From Eledone cirrhosa (Eukaryota): a stretch of DNA of 64,000 nt. Numbering within the stretch: the stretch's first letter is position 1; each line of letters opens with the position of its first letter. Of the stretch, positions 13,418 through 27,992 are shown one piece after another. The stretch lies in NCBI GenBank assembly GCA_964016885.1, contig OZ024741.1:165912001-165976000 (forward strand), in the 5' to 3' direction. A program made the position numbers and the translations under genes. The notes beneath the pieces are model-generated. The model ran no database searches and was not told the origin of the DNA. It saw only the letters and a program-made list of their open reading frames with translations.

Positions 13418-14400
13418 TGATAGTGGTGATGGTGGTGGTGGTGGTGGTGGTGGTAATGATGGTGGTGGTGGTGGCAGTGGTGGGGTAATGGGAGTAGGAT
13501 TAGTGGTGGTGGGGGTAGGAGTAGTGGTGGTGGTGTTGTTGGCGGTAGTGATGGTGGTGGCGGAGGCAACGACGCGATCGTGGTAGTGGTAATGGTAGTG
13601 GGGATGATGGTGGTGGTGGTAGTGGTGGCAGTGGCAGTGGTGGTGGTGGTGGCAGTGGTGGTGTTGATAGTGGTGGTGGTGGTGGTGGTTGTGGTGGCAG
13701 TGGTGATGCGGTGATGGTTGTGGTGGTGGCAGTGGCAGTGGTGGTGTTGATAGTGGTGGTGGTATGGTTGTGGTGGCAGTGGTGGTGATGGTGATGGTGG
13801 TGCGGTGATGGTTGTGGTGGTAGCAGTGGCAGTGGTGGTGGTGGCAGTGGTGGTGTTGATAGTGGTGGTGGTATGGTTGTGGTGGCAGTGGTGGTGATGG
13901 TGATGGTGGTGCGGTGATGGTTGTGGTGGTAGCAGTGGCAGTGGTGGTGGTGGCAGTGGTGGTGTTGATAGTGGTGGTGGTATGGTTGTGGTGGCAGTGG
14001 TGGTGATGGTGATGGTGGTGCGGTGATGGTTGTGGTGGTAGCAGTGGCAGTGGTGGTGGCAGTGGTGGTGTTGATAGTGGTGGTGGTGGTGGTTGTGGTG
14101 GCAGTGGTGGTGATGGTGATGGTGGTGCGGTGATGGTTGTGGCAATAGCAGTGGCAGTGGTGGTGGTGGCAGTGGTGGTGGTGGTGGTGGTTGTGGTAGC
14201 AGTGGTGGTGATGGTGATGGTGGTGCGGTGATGGTTGTGGCAGTGGCAGTGTTGATGGTGGCAGTGGTGGTGTTGATGGTGGTGGTGGTGGTGGTTGTGG
14301 TAACGGGGGTGGTGGTGGTAGTGGTGATGGTGGTAGCGGAGGCGCTGGCGTGGTGGTGGTGTAATGATCGTGATAGTGGTAATGGTAGTGGGGCTGATGA
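13418..14400. repeat. (GTG)-rich cryptic trinucleotide minisatellite with recurring sub-blocks
   Basis: Recurring blocks GGTGTTGATAGTGG, GTGCGGTGATGGTTGTGG, GCAGTGGCAGTGG. Confidence 0.9.
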
Positions 14401-14583
14401 TAATGTATGTTTATATGGGAATTTCGTGTGTTTGGGCATGCGATGGTGATGATTGATGATGATTGATAATGAACCAGACAGATATGTATATGTTTATGTT
14501 AGTCTTCGATAATATGTAAGAAGAAAATAAAGCAAGAAGCAAACAAAAGAAATAAAAAATATCGTGAAAGGAGAAAGAGAGAG

Positions 14584-14659
<76 letters not shown>

Positions 14660-14682
14660 TGAGCGTGACGCAGATAGATAAT

Positions 14683-14793
<111 letters not shown>

Positions 14794-15188
14794 AGAGCGT
14801 GAAATTAATAAACATTTGTTGTACTGCCTCTCAGTTTTGTTCCCGTTCAATTTTTCATTATATATATATATATATATATAGTAGAATAATCGAGTATCGA
14901 AAAATCGGCGCACGAGTTCACGATAAACAAAATTCGAGATGAGCGGCAGAGGGCTCTATAATTCAAATAAATTAGAGCTATAACTATCGTTAAATACCGT
15001 CACACGTAGAATATGTCTACAATCAACCAAATAACCGATAAGTTCGATATGGAAGATTCGGGACACTCAGATAAATTATCAATAAATCAATAAATGAAAT
15101 GAATGTAAAATGCATACCCGGACCCACTAGAGAGATGGAATATCTAGCTTCTTGGGTTTCTGTAAATCCTTAAACCGTCATCTATCAG

Positions 15189-15324
<136 letters not shown>

Positions 15325-15352
15325 TATATCCACCTATCTCACAATATATCAA

Positions 15353-15857
15353 CCTCACAAACCAAGGCTCCGATTCAAGGATTGTGTAAAGGATTCATTG
15401 AAAAGAACTGGTTTGATGATGGCTGACTGGGAGATAGAAGCTCTTGAAAGAGAAACTTGGCGTGGAATGGTGAATGATGGGGTCCATAATTTTGAGGACA
15501 GACGCATAGAGCACGAGAAGATCAAACGGGATGTGCGTAAGCAATGCCCTGATTTATCTCTCGAAACGATAGGTGTCTCCATTGAATTGAAGTGCCCTGG
15601 AAGAATTTTCTTGAGCAAATCTGGTCTCAGGAGCCACAGTCACAGCCATGTCCAAAGAGAACCAGTGAACTATGATCTCCACGGTGCTGTGAGGGTTCAC
15701 GGGCAACCTGGTGCGGGCGGGACCTCAAGCCAGGGAGATCCATAGTTGTCGTCAGTGTGTGAAGCAGTGCAAGTCTCTAGCAGGCTTGGAAAGCCATATC
15801 CGAGCATCACACATCTGAATCTGACAAGCGATTGCAATACTCTTGGCAGAGTTTGCA

Positions 15858-15864
<7 letters not shown>
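15353..15864 (+). mobile_element. RTE-clade LINE 3' end
   Basis: [24 protein letters not shown] and C2H2-like [15 protein letters not shown]; ends GCAGCCATCA before (TA)n. Confidence 0.75.
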
Positions 15865-15919
<55 letters not shown>

Positions 15920-15944
15920 GTAGATTAATATATTGAGAGCAACG

Positions 15945-16107
15945 CAGAGAGCTAGAGAGATAGGTGGGTAGATAGATAGAGAGGGGGGGGGGGTGAGAAT
16001 GAGATAGGTAGATGGATAGATAGATAGAGAGAGAGAGAGAGAGCGGTAAGTAGGTAGGTAAAGAGAGAGAGAGAGAGAGGGGGAGGGAGAATGAGATAGG
16101 TAGGTGG

Positions 16108-16151
<44 letters not shown>

Positions 16152-16224
16152 CGGTAAGTAGGTAGGTAAAGAGAGAGAGAGAGAAAGAGAGAGAGAGGGG
16201 GAGGGAGAATGAAATAGGTAGGTG

Positions 16225-16255
<31 letters not shown>

Positions 16256-16328
16256 CGGTAAGTAGGTAGGTAAAGAGAGTGAGAGAGAAAGAGAGAGAGA
16301 GGAGGAGGGAGAATGAAATAGGTAGGTG

Positions 16329-16363
<35 letters not shown>

Positions 16364-16761
16364 CGGTAAGTAGGTAGGTAAAGAGAGAGAGAGAGAGAAA
16401 GAGAGAGAGAGGGGGAGGGAGAATGAAATAGGTAGGTGGATAGATAGATAGATAGATAGATAGAGAGAGAGAGCGATAAGTAGGTAGGTAAAGAGAGAGA
16501 GAGAGAAAGAGAGAGAGAGGGAGAGGGAGAATGAAATAGGTAGGTGGATAGATAGATAGAGAGAGAGAGAGAGAGATAGAGCGGTAAGTAGGTAGGTAAA
16601 GAGAGTGAGAGAGAAAGAGAGAGAGAGGGGGAGGGAGAATGAAATAGGTAGGTGGATAGATAGATAGATAGAGAGAGAGAGCGGTAAGTAGGTAGGTAAA
16701 GAGAGAGAGAGAGAGAAAGAGAGAGAGAGGGGGAGGGAGAATGAAATAGGTAGGTGGATAG

Positions 16762-16795
<34 letters not shown>

Positions 16796-16970
16796 AGCGA
16801 TAAGTAGGTAGGTAAAGAGAGAGAGAGAGAAAGAGAGAGAGAGGGGGAGGGAGAATGAAATAGGTAGGTGGATAGATAGATAGATAGAGAGAGAGAGCGG
16901 TAAGTAGGTAGGTAAAGAGAGAGAGAGAGAGAAAGAGAGAGAGGGGGAGGGAGAATGAAATAGGTAGGTG

Positions 16971-17001
<31 letters not shown>

Positions 17002-17052
17002 AGCGGTAAGTAGGTAGGTAAAGAGAGAGAGAGAGAAAGAGAGAGGGGAGGG
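15945..17052. repeat. Compound minisatellite (~110-125-bp unit) built from GA/GATA/GTAG microsatellites
   Basis: Anchors GCGGTAAGTAGGTAGGTAAA and GGGAGAATGAAATAGGTAGGTGG repeated about 9 times. Confidence 0.9.
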
Positions 17053-17215
17053 GAGCAAAAGTTCACTGAGTATGACCGACAAGGGGTCAATAAAGCAGAC
17101 CAAAGTACAAGCAGACATAAACAACAATAGGTTTGAAGTTTTGCCATATTAATTTAAGTCTCTGCATTACACAAGTTATATATACACACACACACATATA
17201 TATGTGTGCGTGCGC

Positions 17216-17269
<54 letters not shown>

Positions 17270-17768
17270 GCGCACACACACATATATATGAGAATTAGCC
17301 GTCGAAACGGCTTGAGCTCAGCTGTCGGGGTCTTACTGGTTCCTATTACCCACTCTACTACCTCAAGTATTGAGTACTTTGGTGCGTTATGGTCCACCTG
17401 GTTCCTTACCACATTTCCTTCGTTATATATATATATATATGTGTGTGTATATAGATTATATATATATATATAGCTGTGTATATATATATATATATATGTA
17501 TGTGTGTATGTATATATATGTGTGTGTGTGTGAATGTATGTATATATATGTATGTATATATATGTATGAATATATATGTATGTATATATGTATATATATA
17601 TATATATTATGTATGCTGCCTTCATCAGAAAAAATACAATATATAACAGTTTTACAAATAGTTTTGACGTACCCTTTTAAAATACAACCATTACTTTTGG
17701 AGGCTGTCTGAATATTATGTATATATATATATATATGTGTATATATATATATATTTATATATAATATG

Positions 17769-17807
<39 letters not shown>

Positions 17808-17852
17808 CTTATATATATATACATATATATATTACAATACATATATATATGT

Positions 17853-18450
17853 AAACAAACAAACAGCCCGAATTACGCCGTACAGTGTTTAGGCAACCAC
17901 GTCACCTTTTTCTTCAACACTGACACAGGAACGATGTACTAGTTTCAAGCTTATTAGCTATCGTCAGCATCGTATACCTTCCTGCCAGATGGTTGAACGT
18001 CTGAAAGTATATACTTTCCTTATGCATATTAACGGCTGAGCAGCCTAATTTGCATATCGAGTGAGTTCAGTCGGTTGGGCGCACCGAAAACGATAAATGG
18101 AATAGAATGAAACGAAATTTCATTTCTCACTCTTAAGACGGCACTTACTTAAATGTAAGTATGTATGTATGTATACATGCATACATATATGTATACAGAC
18201 GTACAGTAGTATGTATATATATACATACATGCACACATATATATATGCACGTATCGGTTTAGCGAACATTTATTATAATGCTCGGTTTCTTTGTTTGTAA
18301 ACAAACAGCCCGGATTACGCCGTACAGTGTTTAGGCAACCACGTCACCTTTTTGTTCAACACTGACACAGGAACGATGTACTAGTTTCAAGCTTAGTAAG
18401 TGCCGTACTAAGAGTGAGAAATGAAATTTTGTTTTATTCTTATCCAACCG
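17853..18450 (-). mobile_element. Non-coding hammerhead-bearing retrozyme-like element (family B), ~442-nt period, with a short inverted segment
   Basis: 17861-17953 repeats at 18303-18395; 18396-18441 is the inverse of ~18104-18149; hammerhead at 17927-17983. Confidence 0.75.
17927..17983 (-). ncRNA. Type I minimal hammerhead ribozyme (family B)
   Basis: RC: AGGA..ACGATG-CTGACGA-T-AGCT-AATA-AGCT-T-GAAA-CTAG-TA-CATCGT-TCCT; palindromic stem III ACTAGT, GUA triplet. Confidence 0.8.
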
Positions 18451-18552
18451 GAAATTTATAAATTCCTAAATTTATAAATTTCTTATAATAAATTGAAGTG
18501 AAAGCAACTGGTGCGTGTTTTTCTTATTGGCAACATGACCCTCCCAAAGTAT

Positions 18553-18594
<42 letters not shown>

Positions 18595-18844
18595 CATATA
18601 CTTATCCAGTACACACATGCATGTCACACACACACACACACACAGTACCATATGTTATACATATATTGACTATAGTGCAAACAGCCACAACCGTCTGGTT
18701 TTTTTCAATCTTTAATAACACAAGATACTATTAGATAGGATTAAAAAAACAAACAAAGAACGAAAATAAAAATTAAATAAAAAAAATCTATATATAAAAA
18801 AAAGCACTAACATTTGTTGTCAAATATATTTTCGTTTAATATAG

Positions 18845-19063
18845 TGTATGTGTGCGTGTGTGAGTATATAAATTTCTCTCTCTCTCTCTCGCCCTCTCCC
18901 CCCTCTCTCTCTCTACATATATGTGCGCGTGTGAGTATATAAATTTCTCTCTCTCTCTCTCTTTCTCTCTCTCTTCCCCCCTCTCTCTCTCTCTACATAT
19001 ATGTGCGTGTGTGAGTATATAAATTTCTCTCTCTCTCTCTAAATATGTGCGTGTGTGAGTATA

Positions 19064-19108
<45 letters not shown>

Positions 19109-19259
19109 ATATATATGTGCGTGTGTGAGTATATAAATCTCTCTCTCCATATATGTGCGTGTGTGAGTATATAAATCTCTCTCTCTCTCTCTCTACATAT
19201 ATGTGCGTGTGTGAGTATATAAATCTCTCTCTCTCCATATATGTGCGTGTGTGAGTATA

Positions 19260-19298
<39 letters not shown>

Positions 19299-19431
19299 AT
19301 ATATGTGCGTGTGTGAGTATATAAATCTCTCTCTCTCTCTCTCCATATATGTGCGTGTGTGAGTATATAAATCTCTCTCTCTCTCGCTTCCCCCCTCTCT
19401 CTCTCTACATATATGTGCGTGTGTGAGTATA

Positions 19432-19495
<64 letters not shown>

Positions 19496-19655
19496 AACAT
19501 ATATGTGTGTGTGTGAGTATATAAATTTCTCTCTCTCTCTCTGTCTCTCTACATATGTGCGTGTGTGAGTATATAAAATTCTCTCTCTCTCTCTCTACAT
19601 ATATGTGCGTGTGTGAGTATATACATTTCTCTCTCCCTCTCTCCCTCTCTCTATA
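18845..19655. repeat. Minisatellite: CATATATGTGCGTGTGTGAGTATATAAAT plus variable (CT)n, about 14 units
   Basis: Direct inspection. Confidence 0.9.
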
Positions 19656-19806
19656 TATATTTAGAGACAAACATTCATACGCCTACAAGGAAACATACGC
19701 ACACACACATATGTATATATATATATACATTAAATTTTGCTCTGATACTTACATAGAGCACTCTTCACTTCTATGACCTTTTCTGTTTTCAACGGAAATT
19801 TCAATA

Positions 19807-19874
<68 letters not shown>

Positions 19875-20059
19875 CATGGTCCCCCCCCCAAAAAAAATGT
19901 ATACACATTTCAACAGTATTCTAATGAATATTTCCTGTACAGGTAATCAAAGTGTGTATACATTTCATGGTACACCCTCTATATACATATATACATATGT
20001 ATGCATATCTATGTGCATATATAGAAAAATATTCTTTTTCTTCTTTGCCCACTTATTCC

Positions 20060-20870
20060 TGTGAGGGTCGTGAGGACAGAGACCTCAAGCACGCCTTTCC
20101 ATGAGTCTTGCCAGAAACAACTGTCTGCAATTGATTCGGCTGGATCCCCAAGTGAGACAAGCCGAGCTCATGGATGTTGTCCAACCATCTTGCTCAGAGA
20201 CTACCCCCCCCCCCCCCCCGGTTGGCTTTGCCCGTAAAAAAACTGTCCAACGGTTCTTTCCTTAGACATTATAAACATATGTTCATAGTGTCGGAGCTGT
20301 GATATCTCAATTCGGAGAAGTAGCGGTTCTACCTTGAGCGACTCCCTCATCTCCGAGCTACGCACTCTATTAGATTCATGACCCTAGGTAAGAGTTGACA
20401 CAAATACAGAATTGAAGATACCGAGTTTGGTTTTTACACCTAACTCCCTTCTTCTGATGACCGAATGAGGAAACTGGCGCATTGCTGCACCAAATCTTGC
20501 AATTCTTGCATTTAATTCCGTCTCCCGTCTACCACTACTCATAAATACGCCCCCGAAATACTTGAACTTCACCTGCTTCAGAAGAACTCCACTCACATAT
20601 TAAGTGACTGTGCAGGCTTTATTGAGAGGATAAGTATCTCAGTTTTAGCAGCACTGACTTTCGTTCCTGCTGTGCTACACTCAGCATCAAACCTGTCAAG
20701 TATTATCAGAGCTCACCTTCTAACGAGTTAAGTAATACCATGTCGTATACACGCCAGTCGTGATACCACTTTCAACTCAACTGCGCATGTCAATCCTGTT
20801 CATGAAGATTATGAGCAGGAGAGTTGACAGTACGCACAATTGGCAAAGGCCGATTCCCACATTGAATGGG
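20060..20870 (-). mobile_element. Degenerate RTE LINE RT fragment
   Basis: LKQV.KFKYFG.VF.S.GR.E.E.NARIA..KLGIFNSVFVSTLT.G, typical of the RTE RT C-terminus. Confidence 0.7.
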
Positions 20871-23800
20871 GGGGGGGGGGCTTAACAAGAAGATCCGCTG
20901 TAATTAGAACTAGGTAGAGGGGCATGTTCGCAATATATATATATTACTCTTTTACCTGTTGCAGCCATCCGGCTGAGGCCATGCTGGGGCACCGCCCTTG
21001 ACACACACATATATATATACTGATAAAATATTGTCAGAAGAAGTAATAAAACACTGTTTATCACTTGAATAAAAAAAAAAACATAAGACATTATTTATAA
21101 CTTGAATCTAACGCTTTTGTCAATCTAAGGGACTTAGCAAAATATATATTTATTTATTGCTAAATGTGTAGTCAAACTGGATATTCTCTACGTGGAAGTT
21201 TTCTTAATTCTTTCTGTTCTTAAAGCTTTTTGCTAAAGAATATGCGTCTTACCCATAGTCACCTCCAAACCATAAACAGTTTTAGGTGTGTGGATTATAA
21301 AACAATGGCGATTGTACTGAGCATTTGGACTGATATCCTATATATTTTAGAACAAATTGTTAGCAGAGACTAGTAAGTGAGGGAAATATAACTAAAATGG
21401 AGTCCATAAAGATATCTGGAAGGTAGGGATTGAAAGGAATAATATTATTTGCGTGTTTAATGTAATATGTTGGATAGACTGAGTTGTGAATGAAGGTATC
21501 AGATGTTATTGTAAGAGAGAAAGCTGAATCATGGAGACAGACATATGGTAATATGAGAATGGATTAGGTGGACTGTTTAAATAAATATTATTTGTAGGGG
21601 TAGAAGGCGTTAGTTGGTAATATCATCCTTTCTCACCGTAGCATAAGGTGATAAGGAGCCTGAAAACAAGTTAGTGAGTGGGAGGAGGTTGTAGAAGTTA
21701 GGTTGAAGACAAAAGACTAACAGTTTAACAAGAGCCTTGTTGCAGGAAATAAACTTTCAATAGCTGTGAATGTTTTCTAGATAAATTTTATCATCCTTAT
21801 TGTATGTTATTAGTGAGGTGGAAATATTTAGGTCTCCGTGTGATTGAGACAACCCACTGTACTGCTTAATTAAGGTTGGGGAGAGAAAGAAGAAAGACGC
21901 AACAACCTCTGTACCACGAACCCTCTGGTATTTTTAGATTAATTAACTAGTCGTAACTTTGCTAGTTCTACGCCAGCTATCATTTACAGTAAACTCGTTC
22001 GCATTTGACCCGTCTGATACAACAGCTAAGTGGGTGACCATCCTTCTCGATATGTCTGAACTCTCATATCTCTCACAAACTACAAAAGTCCACGTCTCCA
22101 AAATTTACAAAAGGGTTATTCAAAGATGTTCTACAGCTTTACGGGTGAATAACGTTACCCAGAATTCTTCCTATCGCTGACAATTAGGAGTCGTTTTACT
22201 TACTCCTTTTACCACCCCACTTTGTCTACATTCTAGAAAGCAGCAGATACTTTCAAGAAATGTATGGCCTTTAAGCTCTTCCCCTGCCAAACTTGTATCA
22301 GGGTCTCAGAGGATCTCATCAAAAGGGTCTTTACTAACTTTATCTAATCTCCCACTTCCTTATATGCAGAAGCTTCTTTTAAACTGCATATAAATCTCGT
22401 CACGAAACATCTCGCAAACTCTCATTCTTGACTCTATCAGTTTTATAATAAATCCAGTCCTTAAATACATTCTTCCATCATTCCAACTTTTTAATTACTT
22501 TCTTGAGCAACAAATTCTCACCAAACATTTCACTCTATTTCTATGAACCGATATCTCAAAAATATCTTTCAATGGCAACATAACAATCTCTTTTCATTGA
22601 ACAATATCAAGCCACAAATGTTCCACACATTAAGGAAACTGTTCTACTATATTTTCCATACATTTGGACAATGTGTAACTAAATCAGTCAGTGTTACAAC
22701 AAATACTGGGCACTGATTACCCCCTTATGACTTTTGACGGTGACATCAGTTGTTTTGCTGGAAGGGGTGGGATGTAGTTTTGATTTTTATTCTTGTGCGA
22801 TCAGTGGATTGAGTTTGTTTAAATTCATGGTTAGCATTTGTTTGATGTAGATTTGTTTACGTTCCATTTAAAGCAATTGACGGCTTAAGTTACATATATA
22901 TTTTCAAAATTGTATCTTCGAGAATATTTCAGCCCTGATCAGCTACTGTCAGTACTGCTGACATATATGGGGCACTGCGACTACTGCTACTCACACAAAC
23001 ATCCTAGCCTGCACACAAAAGAAGGGAATTTCACATAAATTAACTTACCAAAATACAATGAAATGGACATCCGTGGGTTTCAACGTTGTGTTCCAGATTT
23101 TCAATCAGTGGAACAGCCTGCTTGTGAAATTAACATGCACGTGATTGAGCATTCCACAGGCACGTGTATCTTTGAGGTAAATCCCAGGGAGATTCAGCGT
23201 GACACTCGCTTCAAATGCTAGTGAGATCGAACTCGGGACCTGATGATGGTAAAGCGAACTCTTTAATCAGTCGACCATGCATGCATTTTTGTGTGTTTGC
23301 TTCGCAATCATTAGGTTCCATGTTCGATCTCACTTCGTGACACCTTGGATAAATATCCTTTACCATAACATCGGGTCGACCTATGGATTGTGAGTGAAAT
23401 TGGGTCAAGTCTAGTCTGGGGATAACTTCCACCTACCAGTCTCAGGGGCGGAGGGGTGGTGGTATGCTGAAATACGTAATGGTCTCTCATTTCCTCTGCT
23501 GAACAAGTCAAACATATTTAAAGTCAAGAAACTTGATTGAGGAAAAGGACAATTTCATGTCAATTATTTATTAACGAGTAATGGTTCAATTCATACCGCC
23601 ATACCTCCATCATACTCCCAGCATCTCAGATATCCACAACTGGCTACTAAATAGCATTAATTCGTAGCTTCCCAGGAAATGGTAAATAATGAAGAAGAAG
23701 AAGAAGAAGAAGAAGAAGAAGAAGAAGGGAAAACGAAAAGAAAGAAAGAACGAAGTGAAACTAGTAGAGGGGTAGAATAAAAATTATGGGGAGAATGATA

Positions 23801-24229
23801 TTTAACAAACACACAAACACCACAGCCAGATGAATGTCCATCGTAAACTCATGCACAGCAACTATACACAGTAATTATAGAGCTATTAACATTTTCGTTA
23901 GAGTAAATTACTGATTCAGTGATCTATTTAAAGGTGGATTTTGAAATAAATGCTTTAATTACTAGAAAATTTTAAAGGTCTTTTTTTTTTCTATCATTAA
24001 AATATAATCATTGGAATCTAGCTTAGAGAAGCTATTTTTTACGTAGTTTGATACACTCTTTTTCTCTTTTAACAGTTTCAGTTATTCGACCACGACCGTA
24101 CTGGGACACTGTCTTGAAGGGATTTAATCGGTCATATCGACCTCAGCAATTATCTATATTTTAAAGTCTTGAACTTATTTTATCGATCTCTATTTATGGA
24201 ACTAAGTTATTGGATATAAATAAACGCGC

Positions 24230-24269
<40 letters not shown>

Positions 24270-24488
24270 ACGTTTACCATTTATTAGTTTCATTTATATG
24301 ATCGAGTAATGGACACCTTTGAAACTGCTGGCCTATCTGCTGATATGCAAATCTGGCTGATCAGTGGATCTTCTAATATGCAGATATGACTGATCAGCCA
24401 GTCTGCTAATATGCAAATCAGGTCGAACAGTCACTGTATATTTTAGAAAATATCGTATATTTTCACTAACTCTGACAGTTGGCAGGTG

Positions 24489-24549
24489 AACAGAAAACTG
24501 CACTGATGAAGGGTAATCACCCAGAAACATTAGTGTCTGCAGTTCTGTT
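24489..24549 (+). ncRNA. Intact type I hammerhead ribozyme (family C)
   Basis: AACAG-AA-AACTGCA-CTGATGA-A-GGGT-AATC-ACCC-A-GAAA-CATTAGTG-TC-TGCAGTT-CTGTT; GUC triplet. Confidence 0.85.
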
Positions 24550-24828
24550 TGCATACTAACACAAGAGCAAGACTGAGAAGCTCCTTCTACTGACATGGCT
24601 TCAAAGAGGCCGTTTGCATAATTGCAAACAAATCGAATATCATTATTAATATTCGAAAATCCCGTCGAGGTTAACTTTGCCTTTCATCCTTACCGGGTCG
24701 ATAAAATAAAGTACCAGTAATGAAGTGGGTAATTGTTGGCCTTGTGCCAAAAGTAGAAACAATTATTAACATTCGAAAAACTCAGTTTACATTTATTGTA
24801 TTCAGCCATGTAGAGTTGTGACGTTTTG

Positions 24829-24886
<58 letters not shown>

Positions 24887-25318
24887 TAGCGAGAATCGTA
24901 TTTCGGCTTAGGAATTAACGAAAAACAACTTCCGAGATGTGTGGCAAGCGGTCAATGATTCAGATGAACCAGAGCTACAACATACGTTAAAGGCCAAACA
25001 CACTGAGACTATGGTTAAAACAATCATCCGCATAGCCATAAAAACGACCAAGTAATTCGGGTCAAACAAATAAAAATATATGTGATTGAAAAAATTTACC
25101 CGGACCCTGGATGGTTGGTAAAATCCAGCATTTGGGTTTCTGCGACTCCTAAATCAAGTACTGTCCGCTTACACAAATAATGTTAGGCTTCTGGCAAGAT
25201 GATTGAACAAGGAAGCCACTTTTTCAACAGGTTTTAGTTCGAGTGCTAATTTAAATGACAGTTACTGACCCTACGTGGGGCTCGGCAAGGGAGGCAACCC
25301 TTATTTTAGGCGGATATA

Positions 25319-25397
<79 letters not shown>

Positions 25398-25579
25398 TCT
25401 GGCTGATTCTACGGCTGCAGGTTCCTTCGGACACATGCAATTCTTTCGGAGCAAATTTTCTCACTGGGGTGTTATCATAAAAAAACACCTTAAAAAAACA
25501 TCTTCCACTCTTGTCATGCCATTGGCTGTTGTTTTTCTACGTCATCATAAATTCTGGTCATTATTTACTGCTACACACG

Positions 25580-25770
25580 GGCGGTGGATTGGCAGTATCG
25601 GTAGAGGGTCGGACGCCATACTTTGACGCATAGAATTACGGCCCTTGCCATTCTGAGTTCAAATCCCGCCGAGGTTAACTTTGCCTTTCATCCTTACGGG
25701 GTCGATAAAATAAAGTACCAGTAATGCACTGGTTAATTGCTGGCCTTGTGCCTAAAGTAGAAACAATTAT
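25580..25770 (+). mobile_element. tRNA-derived SINE
   Basis: Full copy of the family; partial copy also at 24660-24768. Confidence 0.85.
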
Positions 25771-26936
25771 TTACTGCTACACTGGTCATCAGCCATTTTC
25801 CGTCCGACACACTTCAATGGAGCCATGCTGGGTTTGGTATCTCACACGTCTGTTCACACTCCCGAGTATGTACCCACATATACACACACACATATACACA
25901 CACAGGCACACACACATGCATGCATACACATATGTACGCACACATGTGTAGATACACATACCCCCATGCACATATATACACACACACACACTCTCCTTCT
26001 CTTACACATACCCAAGCACACCCACACCCAGATACAGACCACCACATGTCTATTGGCGCCTGCCTATACAGCCCCTTACATCCGGTCTCACACGCACGCA
26101 CACGCGCACACACGTGCAGACACACACGTACACGCATCGGCGTTCGGGCACATCTGCACATATATACACAAACACTCTCAGACACATACATAGACACACA
26201 CACGCATATCCTTATGGATAGGCATCAAGGACAGACACACTTCCAAATACATAAGCACACATACACGCACAGATACAGACCTGTACACATATCTACACAC
26301 AAGTACATGTACCCGCTTATAAACATATAGTCAAACCCTCCTATGTAGGTGTACGTACGCACCCCCCCCCCCACAGAGACAGATACACACGCCATGGATA
26401 TATATATGTGTGTGTACATAGTCACACACACATACACACGCATACAGACACACACACATACACATATACATATATGTATGCATATACATATATATACATA
26501 TATATACAAACATACACATACAAGCTTATACACACACATGTCAATATGTGTACACACATACAAACACATAGACACACATACGCACACACATATACCTACG
26601 AATATCCATATATACATATATATATACATACACAGACATAGATATATATATACACATACATACACATAAATACATACACACACACATATTTATAACTCTA
26701 CATGCATACATATACCCACATATATATATATTTACATATATATATATACATATACACATATATATACACATACGCACACGGACACCCACATGCACGTATG
26801 CATATGTGCTTACACACACATGCTTACACATATACATATATAAACAAAACCGTAAAATAAATATACAATATACAATAAAAATACAATAGACAATAAAATA
26901 ACAATATAGCATACAATATAATATATATATATATAT

Positions 26937-27582
<646 letters not shown>

Positions 27583-27642
27583 ATACTTGGGGAGGGTCTT
27601 ATTTGTGTAATAATATTGCCAGAATTAATAACAGTACACACT

Positions 27643-27682
27643 CAAAGTTCTTTCGTTGAACATCTGCAACATCGTCAGTGGT
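27643..27682 (-). ncRNA. Hammerhead in the 3' pLTR, 3' arm truncated
   Basis: RC: CA-CTGACGA-T-GTTG..CAAC-GAAA-GAAC-TT-TG. Confidence 0.55.
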
Positions 27683-27992
27683 GCTATTATGTTTCCTTCC
27701 GTTGTATTGTATGCCTACGCCATCTATATTGAGTCTATTTATTTATTTATTTATTTTTTTTTTTTTTTTTTTTTGTCTTCTCTGCGCATGTGTTTGCGTG
27801 TGTGTATAGTGTTTTGTTTGATGTGTGTTCGTGTTTGGGTGACTGTGTATTGGTTATTGTATTCTATCTTAGTTTACTAGTGTGTGTTTATATGCGTTTT
27901 TTGTTATTGTGCTTGTGTATTTATTTATTTATTTATTTATTTATACTTCTCTTAGGTCAGTGTTGTTTGTTTGGGTGTTGTTGTTATTCCAT

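Noticed and set aside
13333-14439. 368-aa Thr/Pro/His-rich ORF (mucin or extensin-like)
   Set aside because: Trinucleotide repeat tract with internal frame-shifting of repeat phase; no splice or domain evidence
15807-17147. 446-aa ORF with signal-peptide-like start
   Set aside because: Body is a compound minisatellite; openness follows from stop-poor repeats
17600-17715. Minus-strand CTGATGA-AGGC with upstream GCCT
   Set aside because: GAAA and stem III are absent; too decayed to call
18845-19655. CRISPR-like constant repeat with variable spacers
   Set aside because: Spacers are only (CT)n of varying length; eukaryotic context; no cas genes
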